DNA of 64,000 nt, taken from positions 52,328,001-52,392,000 of the forward strand of contig OZ024742.1 of the NCBI GenBank assembly GCA_964016885.1, in the 5' to 3' direction. A program made the translations under genes and the position numbers. This DNA comes from Eledone cirrhosa. Lineage: Eukaryota. Of the stretch, positions 55,831 through 64,000 are shown piece after piece. Each line of letters starts with the position of its first letter. Positions within the stretch are counted from its first letter, which is position 1. The notes beneath the pieces were generated by a model. It searched no databases. It was given only the letters and a program-made list of their open reading frames with translations, and was not told the DNA's origin.

Positions 55831-57227
55831 TAGGTTCTCTTCAAACAATCTTATGTGAGGAAGCCTGGATAAATTTACAATGGTTCATGTGAACTCCACT
55901 CCACTGAGGGTTGAAGAAACTTCGAGTATCAAGTTAACTCAATGCTTGAGCACAGCCAATTTCTTCTTGCGAATGAGGATGAGAGAGGAGGAAGTGAGAC
56001 ATAGGTATACAAAAAAGAAATCTACCCCAATTCTAGACTAGTACATTTTATCGACCTTAAAAGGATGAAAGACAAAGCTGGTTGCTGCGGAAGTTGAACT
56101 CGGAGAGAGCCGAAGGGCGGAACAAATACTGCAAATCATTAATTTTACTGTCAATTCACCGAATTCATATTACATAACTTAAAAAAACAACAAAGTATAA
56201 TAAAGTAGTTGTCTTGTAAAGATTGATTTGCATTAAGCCATGTTAATGGGACCTTATAATCTCATTTAGTTGCATATATATCTTTTTAATACAATATTAA
56301 ATATATTTGCATACATAAAATGTAGATGTTCATAAGATGCTTTTTGTGTAAATGCTGTAGATGTTCTTTATTTATGGAGTGAGTTGGAAAGTAACTGCGA
56401 AACTAATAATTACGGAAGATGTAAACTTTGAAACTGAGGCATATTTTACCAAGCTTCCTCGTACAAATTATATTATCATAATCATGAGCTTTGTATATCT
56501 TTTATGATAACTGTTGAATATAGTGGAAAGAAAACAAAGTTGAGCGTACGTCGTAATTCAATTTATAGTTAATACTTGCTCATAATTCAGTAGACAATGT
56601 GCTACAGCTGTGCATTGATCAAACGATGCATTATTCTAAATGTTTGCTAAATATTATTCAATAAATAGTGATTATAAACTTTCTTCGGAAAATCTTCTCA
56701 TTAATTCAGAACGGTTTGCTCTGATATCATGCATGGATATCATAATTTAATATTTCAAGTTATTATAAGTCATAGGTTTACAAAGGTGAAAGGATATTGT
56801 CACCAAAATAAAACTAATAAATAATTTTAAGAAAAGAGTAACTATGTTTGCAATAATCATCTGTAAATTATCTTAGTATCAGCACATCTGCTAAATGATA
56901 AGTTGGTTTTGTAGATAAAAATTCTACCAAGTTTCCTGCATAAAAAAGCAATTTTACCTTCGATAAATAAAGATAAAATCTTTACCACTGTGTTCATTCT
57001 AACTTTAATCCCTTCACATTTGCATTTTTATACTTATCTACTTAACATCCATTTACCTATCCATCTGTCTATTTGTGTAGCTACTTCACTTATATATTAA
57101 TTGTTTTATTTCCTGCTAGCTAGTTGTTTTTAACATTTAACATAATTTCTATTTATATTCAAAGTTCGTCATATACTGTCAGTGTAAACACAGTTTCTGT
57201 TTATCAATGTACATGTCTATTTCTCTC

Positions 57228-57289
<62 letters not shown>

Positions 57290-57292
57290 GCG

Positions 57293-57323
<31 letters not shown>

Positions 57324-57842
57324 TGCTAGATGGATAGATAGATAAGTAACTATTTACCTATTCATCTAGCTATCAATCATTTTATCCATCTATCTATCGA
57401 ATTAGCTACCTATCTATTTATCTATCGACTATATAAGGAGGAGCCCGGAGTTCAAGCTTAAACCATTTCGATGGTTAGTTAGAAATATATACACTCCTAC
57501 TTTCCTTAGGTATTGAGTACTAGCTTGAATAATTATCTAACTAGTCTTACCTAGGAATATAACATCATCTAAATACATATATTTTGCCAATATTGTTTAT
57601 ATTCATTAGTATTTTCATATCATGGATATTTATAACATGGTGCTTGTTGTAATTGTAGGTATGTTTGTGAGTACGTATGTATGCACGTGTGTATGTGTCT
57701 ATGTCTGTGTATGTTTATATGTATGCATGAATGAATGTATGCACATATGTATATATGTATATATGAGTATCTGTATGCAAGTGTGTATGCACGTAGGTAT
57801 GTATGCATAAATTGTTTATGTATGTATGTACGTATGTATGTG

Positions 57843-60800
57843 TGAGGTCGCTGGCGAGTGTTACTGGTAACATGTAACCCAGTACAACCTGTCTCATGGA
57901 CAGGTCATCGGCGAATAAACCGGCAACCCCACTAAGCTTGTTTGGTGAGGAGGGGATATTTGGAAACTCAGTGGGATGATGTTCAAGACCCGGAAAAATA
58001 AACCTACGGCTTCGGAAGCATCCGATGGTGTTGACCAGTTATCCTTTTAGTGTAGTGTTTTCGATGCTCAGAGAGTGGGATTGGTCGAGTGCAAGGTCTT
58101 TCCCCACTTAAAAAACTTTCAAATCACAGGCATTACTTGTTCAGGATCTGTTACAGGTTCGTGTGACTGGCTGTAGCCTAAAGGTGCACCAAACGCTATG
58201 ATGACAAAGGATGACCTTGACGTCAATGGCAGTAAGAGTTCTGGAACTTATTCTGAACGAGTCTGGTCCGGCAGGTGTCCCATGGTACCGTAGCATGGGC
58301 CTGGTCGTCATTCTGCAACTGCCAAGAGGTTCAAACCTCTGAATATTGGATGCTGGAATGTAAGAAATTTACTTGATTCCCAATCCAGTGAAACTTGCCC
58401 TGAAAGAAGAACTGTTTTGGTGTCAAGGGAACTCAATCGCTATAACACTTTCAGAAACGAGATTAGCTGGTGAGGGTCAATTCAAAGAACAGAAGGGAGG
58501 ATATACCTTCTATTGGAGTGGTAGAGCAGAGGGTTGTAAGAGAGAGACAGGGGTCGCATTTGCTATCAGGAATGGAATCGTTTCAAAGCTGGAAAATCTC
58601 CCCTATGAATTCAATGATCGGATAATGTCCATGAGAGTCCCTCTGATTCAAAACCACTTTGTGATTCTGGTTGGTGTGTACGCTCCTACCATGTGTGCTA
58701 GGGATGATGAAAAACTAGCTTTCTACATGTCTCTCAAAGATGTCATACATAGTATACCTTATGCAGACAAGATTATCATCCTTGGTGATTTTCATGCGCG
58801 TGTTGGTAATGACTGGGAAGCTTGAGGAGTGATAGGTAAGCATAAGTGGGAATGTACAATAACAATGGCCTACTTCTGTTGCAAATGTGCGCTGAAATGG
58901 ACCTTGTTGTTGGGAACACGCTCTTTCAACAGAAAGACAAATATAAGACAATTTGAATGCATCCAGGTTCCAATAGGTGGTACCTTTTGACTTTGTTTTA
59001 ACGAGGAAACGCAATTTCAGGGATATGACATTGGTTCATGTATTGAGAGGCACGGACTGTTGGACTGATCATCGTATGGTGCGTGCCAAGTTTCAATTTG
59101 TTGTGAAGCTCAAAGTTAGGGGGAAGAAGGTTGCACTTCCAAAATGACGAAACGTGGCTCGTCTGAAGACAGATTAAGTCAGAGATGAGCTGTCGAAGTC
59201 TCTTGAGTTGATGGAATGTGGAAACACGTGGGAAAAATTGAAGAAAACCGTCTATGATGTCAGTACTGGAATTTTAGGTCATATCAATAGAAGACATAAT
59301 GATCGGTTCCATGAAAATGATGCAGTGAGGCACGTTCTGACATGATTGACATGATTTTCAAACAGATGATATCACGTGTGCAACATCAATTGAGATCTAT
59401 GCAAGATACCTGCTGGAGAAAAAAGGCTGATAAAATCCAGAAAGCCTCAGATGGACATGATACAAAGCTCTTATACAATTTGCCCGGGGGGGACATGGTC
59501 CAACCGGTCCACAAATATCACCAATTCGCTCCAAGGACGGCAAGAAACTGCTCAGAGATCTCAAGGAAATCCTGATCAGGTGGCATGACCACTTTGATGA
59601 GCTCCTCAACAGACCATCAGGAATCGATAATGAGTTTATCCGGTCGATTTCATCCAGACCTACAAAGCGGGCAAAGGCTGATCCTCCTTCATTTGATGAG
59701 GTGGCGGAGGCTATTGCAAAATTAAACAGCGACAAGTCACCTGAAATGGATGGACTAAGTGCCAAGATCTCATTGATATCTTTGTGAATGTTTCGAATGA
59801 AGACGATGTACCGCAGGACTGAAAAGAAGGCATTGATAGTGGTACTTTACAAATGAAAGGGAGCCAAAGATGACTGTAGCAGCTACAGAGGTATTTCACT
59901 GCTATCTGTGACTGGGAATATCTTGTGCAGGATATTATTGGACCGATTGATACAGCACATTGCTGTTGAGGTACTTCCTGAGTCCCAACGTGGCTTTAGG
60001 AATGGCAAAAGCCCTCTTGACATGGTCTTCTCGGCTAAACAACTTCAAGAGAAATGCATTGAGCAGATCATGGACTTATACCAAGTTTTTGTCGATCTGA
60101 CCATGGTATTTGACACCGTAAATCGGACGGCTTTACTTTGGAGAGATTGGGCTGTCCTGAAACGTTTGTGAACAAGCTCTTCCATGATGACATGTAAGCT
60201 GGGTAAATATCGGAGGTAAACTGTCTGATCCAATCTCGGTTGAAAATGGTGTCAAGCAAGGAGATATACCTGCACCAACTTTATTTTCCTTGTATTTCGC
60301 AATGGTCTTCTTCATGGCCTTCAAGGATTGTCAACACGGTATCTATTTCAGATATCGCACTTCCGGCAGGCTGTTCAACCTCAGGTGTCTCACTGCCAAC
60401 ACTAAGGTAATGAGTACCTTGATCAGAGAATTTCTGTATGAAGATCTTTGTACACTCCCAGAGTGATATGCAACACCTTGTGGATTCTTCTTCCAATGCG
60501 TGCAGTGCTTTGGGACTGATAATCGGTCTGAAGAAGACTGTCGTCATGTACCAACCTGCTCCGGATAAAGTTTTCTATGAACCCTCCATATATGAATACG
60601 GTCAAAAGCTGAAGGTTGCTGACAGATTTGTGTATTTGGGGAGTACTCTGAATGTGATCTGCTGTCTGGCTACAGAAGTTGGTCTGTGAGTTAGTAAAGC
60701 AAGTGAGTCATTTGGAAGGCTCAGCGACCGTCTTTGGTGCAGGTGAGGAATCACAATGAAAACCAAGGTGAGAGTGTATGCCGCATGTGTACTGTCAGCA

Positions 60801-61250
60801 TTGCTGTATGTGCGTGTCACATATGTTGCCTACAAACGGCATATCCAAAGACTGGAACGATTTCACCAGCAGTGTCTCAGAAAGATGCTCGGTATCAAGT
60901 GGCAGATGCATGTGAGTGATGTTGAGGTCCTTGGGAGAAGTGCGTGTCGGAGAATTGAGAGTATCCTCCACCAACGACGTTTGCGATGGGCTGGACACCT
61001 CTGCAGAATAGAGGATGATCGAATTCCGAAACAACTTTTGTATGGCGAGATTCAAGGATTGTGCAAAGGACACAAGGATTGTGTAAAGATTTGTGTGCAG
61101 CCATGTTCAGAGAGAACCAGGGAACTATGATCTTTGTGGTATTCTGAAGGTTCAACGAGCAAGCTGATACCAGATCTGAGGCCAGGGAGATCCATAGTTG
61201 TCGTCAATATGCGAAGGAGTGCAAGTCTCCAGCAGGCTTGAAAAGCTATA
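57843..61250 (+). mobile_element. Decayed near-full-length RTE-clade LINE (APE and RT)
   Basis: IGCWNVRNL, LSETRLAGEG, YTFYWSG, YAPT, LGDFHARVG; YRGISLL, LPESQRGFR, FVDL..FDTV, GVKQG, F.YLGS, RLRWAGH; many stops and frameshifts. Confidence 0.92.
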
Positions 61251-62394
61251 TCCGAGCGTCACACATCTGAATCTAACAAGTGATTGCAATAATCTTAGCA
61301 GAGTTTGCAGCCATCATACGTGCGTGGGTGTGCATATATGTACGTGCGTGGGTGTGCATGTATATGTGTTTTTTTATGTATGCACTGGTATTGCGTTTTC
61401 TCCAAAGCACGATATAAAATAAAGTCATAAACAGAATAGATTTCATTGAAACATTATCTCGAAACGTTAAGCTGTTGACAGACATTTCGTGGACAATGTA
61501 TATGGCTTCTAGTAATGGCATATACTACTATCTCTTCACAATAGCAAAAATAGCAGGGATACAAACAGCTGCCTTTAAGATTTTTAATCTCATTTCAAAG
61601 TTTTCCTATTTTGATAAAGTGTATAAATCAACATAAATGGCATTTTACTCTTTAAGTTAATGTTTAAGTTAATTTAGTCTATAGAATTGTCCCTCTGTAT
61701 ATTTACTTCTATATAAATCTCTCCACATAATTGAATATGTCTAGACTGTTCCATATGTCGTAAACTCTACTAACAGTTCTATCAATTTATACGAATGTAC
61801 GAATCTATATGAGCATGTATCTGTATCTGATGACAACACAATAATAGTGTGAAAATGTGAACGTATGTGTAGAGTATTTTTGTGTGTATATAATTATGTC
61901 TATGAATATATTCATCAATATAATTTCGTGTGTTAATATTTTTTTGTTTTTTTCAGATTTGAATTACATATGCATTCTTCTTCAATAGATTCACAAAAAT
62001 ATATTCTTATATAAAGAAATAGAAGCACACTAACATTAGCATCGCAGTTTTAGTTCATCCATGTGAGATATTTAATCACCGAGAATGAACAGAAACTCAA
62101 TGCATATTCTGTTCTATGATTTCGGTGATGGTTTGTCGTTACAATAACACCGAATTGGCAGGTCGCTCCTTAATCGAATCTGTCCTTTATTTTCTATTCT
62201 CTGTTCGCCGTAATCCTGTCTTCTTATATAACAAATTCTGTATAGTGTTTTCGCAGGATACACATTTCAAAGAAATCTCCAGTCCGGTTTTCTGTTGTTT
62301 TTAATGTATACACACATATATATAATAGAATTAGAATTTTGTTTCTCGCCCTAGCACTCCTGATATATAAATGTAGGTATGCACATGTAGACAC

Positions 62395-62660
62395 ACACAC
62401 TGGCAAGGCCTGCCGTAACTGGCTCGGTATGCAAATGAGGCTACTCAGTCAATGTGTGCTTAAGAAAATAATATATATTTTCAACCGTTCAACAGATTGG
62501 CAGAGGTATACAGTCCTGCTGAAGGGTAATGACCCAGAAACATGTTGATTGTTACTCGAAGCCAGTGTTGAAAAAACAGGTGACGATCGATCACCGGCAC
62601 GGAACAGCTTCAAATCGGGCGGTTTGTTTATAAACGAATGGAACATTATTATTAATGTTC
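62395..62660 (+). mobile_element. Divergent family A copy with HHR at 62511-62551 (A6C)
   Basis: ATGCAAAT at 62429; CAGTC-CTGCTGA-A-GGGT-AATG-ACCC-A-GAAA-CATG-TT-GATTG; downstream CAGTGTTGAA..AGGTGACG. Confidence 0.65.
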
Positions 62661-62799
62661 CATATAACCCATACGTATGTATGTGTGTATGTATATATAT
62701 ATATATGTGGGGGGGGGGAATGTTTGTGCGTGTGTGTGTAGATAAATATATATCTGTGTTTACGTGTTCATACTTATATATATATATAAATATAAATTA

Positions 62800-64000
62800 G
62801 CGAGAATCGTATTTCAGCTATTGGAAATTAGCAAAACAACAACTTCCGAGATGTGTGATATATATATATGACTGAAATTCACACCAACACCACGATACCC
62901 TAACCTCAATGAGATAAAGACAATATTTCACACTTCTGTAGAAAATCACGTCTAACAGAGGAATGTTTTGACAAAGAGATTAGCCATGAATCAATTGTAC
63001 GGAATAAAAGCAGCTACAATCCCCAAAAGGGCAGGAATAGAGGTTTGGAAAAATTTTGTGACAACATATCAACTTTCCCATACCATGAACTACCATAATC
63101 TAAGCCCAAACCCAACAAGAGTCGAAGAGAATGGAAGATTATCCATGAATTAAAAAGAAATACTGACATTATAATTAAGGAAGCGGATAAGGAAGCACTG
63201 TCGTCATTATGGGTGCTGAACATTAAAATAAAACTCCATATTCTATCTCTTACAAGACACTTGCTACTATTAACGGGTAAACAACTACCAGAAATCAGAA
63301 TCGATGACCAGATTAAATGCATTCATTTGTCAATACCAGAAAGGCTTAACTAAAAAGGAACGCAATTACATTTTGAATGCAAAACCAGCAATCTTTATGG
63401 ACTTCCGAATATCCACAAATGCAAAACAATTAATGAGACCTGTAAAGAATTCACCCCAACCTTCGTAAACATACAACGCTCCACTGACCTTAAATTAAGA
63501 CTAATTGTAGCGGGCCCACACTATGAAACACAGACTAGGCAAATTTAAAGACATACTACTAAAACCAATTCTCAAACACATACCAAGCCTTGTAAGAGAC
63601 GACCTAGACCTCTTAAACCACCTCCTGAAATGTGTCAACAACGACACTATTATTGTATCTTTCGATGTAGTGAACCTCTACACGACGATCCCACACCAAT
63701 ACGGACAAGAAGCAATAGGATTCTGGCTAAAAAAAAAACCTTAGTGAGATCCTGGAAAGAATAATAAAAAACCGTCATCACCGATGGATTCAAATTCATT
63801 TTACAAAACAACATTTTTGATTACGATGGCAACACTTACAAACAAATATCGGGGACTGCGATGGATACAAACGTCGCTCCAACTTACTTTATGGCATACT
63901 TGGAAGGTCAGATATATGAACATTCCAAATTAAAATACGGTTTGAACTTCCACAAATATGTTTCTCACACACACGACCACCTAAATGAACTTAAACATTT
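62800..64000 (+). pseudogene. Decayed PLE reverse transcriptase (runs off the window)
   Basis: IIIKEADK, LYGLPNIHK, LRLIVAGP, VSFDVVNLYTTIPH, FILQNN.F..YKQISGTAMDTNVAP. Confidence 0.85.

Noticed and set aside
57843-57960. HDV-like or twister ribozyme at the RTE 5' end
   Set aside because: The nested double pseudoknot and the twister consensus could not be fitted by eye; kept only as an unclassified structured leader.

Overview
AT-rich, repeat-saturated metazoan genomic DNA. The tRNA-derived SINE and (TA)n load suggest an octopus or other coleoid cephalopod (inference only). There is no intact host gene; the only host-derived CDS is an intronless, disabled beta-tubulin pseudogene (40.1-41.4 kb). 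Coding mobile elements are a decayed Helitron (STPR-like repeats, Rep, PIF1), four Penelope-like elements (PLEs; two Naiad-type), an RTE LINE, and RTE/CRE/R4-like fragments. SINEs, MITE/foldback elements and a 200-N gap with a probable allelic duplication are also present. The main signal, invisible in the ORF track, is that most short unique islands inside the (TA)n arrays, and the terminal repeats of all three complete PLE copies, carry a minimal type-I hammerhead ribozyme (HHR). By eye there are about 20 near-intact motifs plus about 12 decayed or half motifs. Two non-coding HHR families form head-to-tail monomers (~500 and ~317 nt) with covarying stems and look like non-LTR retrozymes. Family A also keeps an ATGCAAAT octamer. 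Many of these elements share an 'inverted copy + tail' insertion architecture. All calls were made by eye, so boundaries are approximate.
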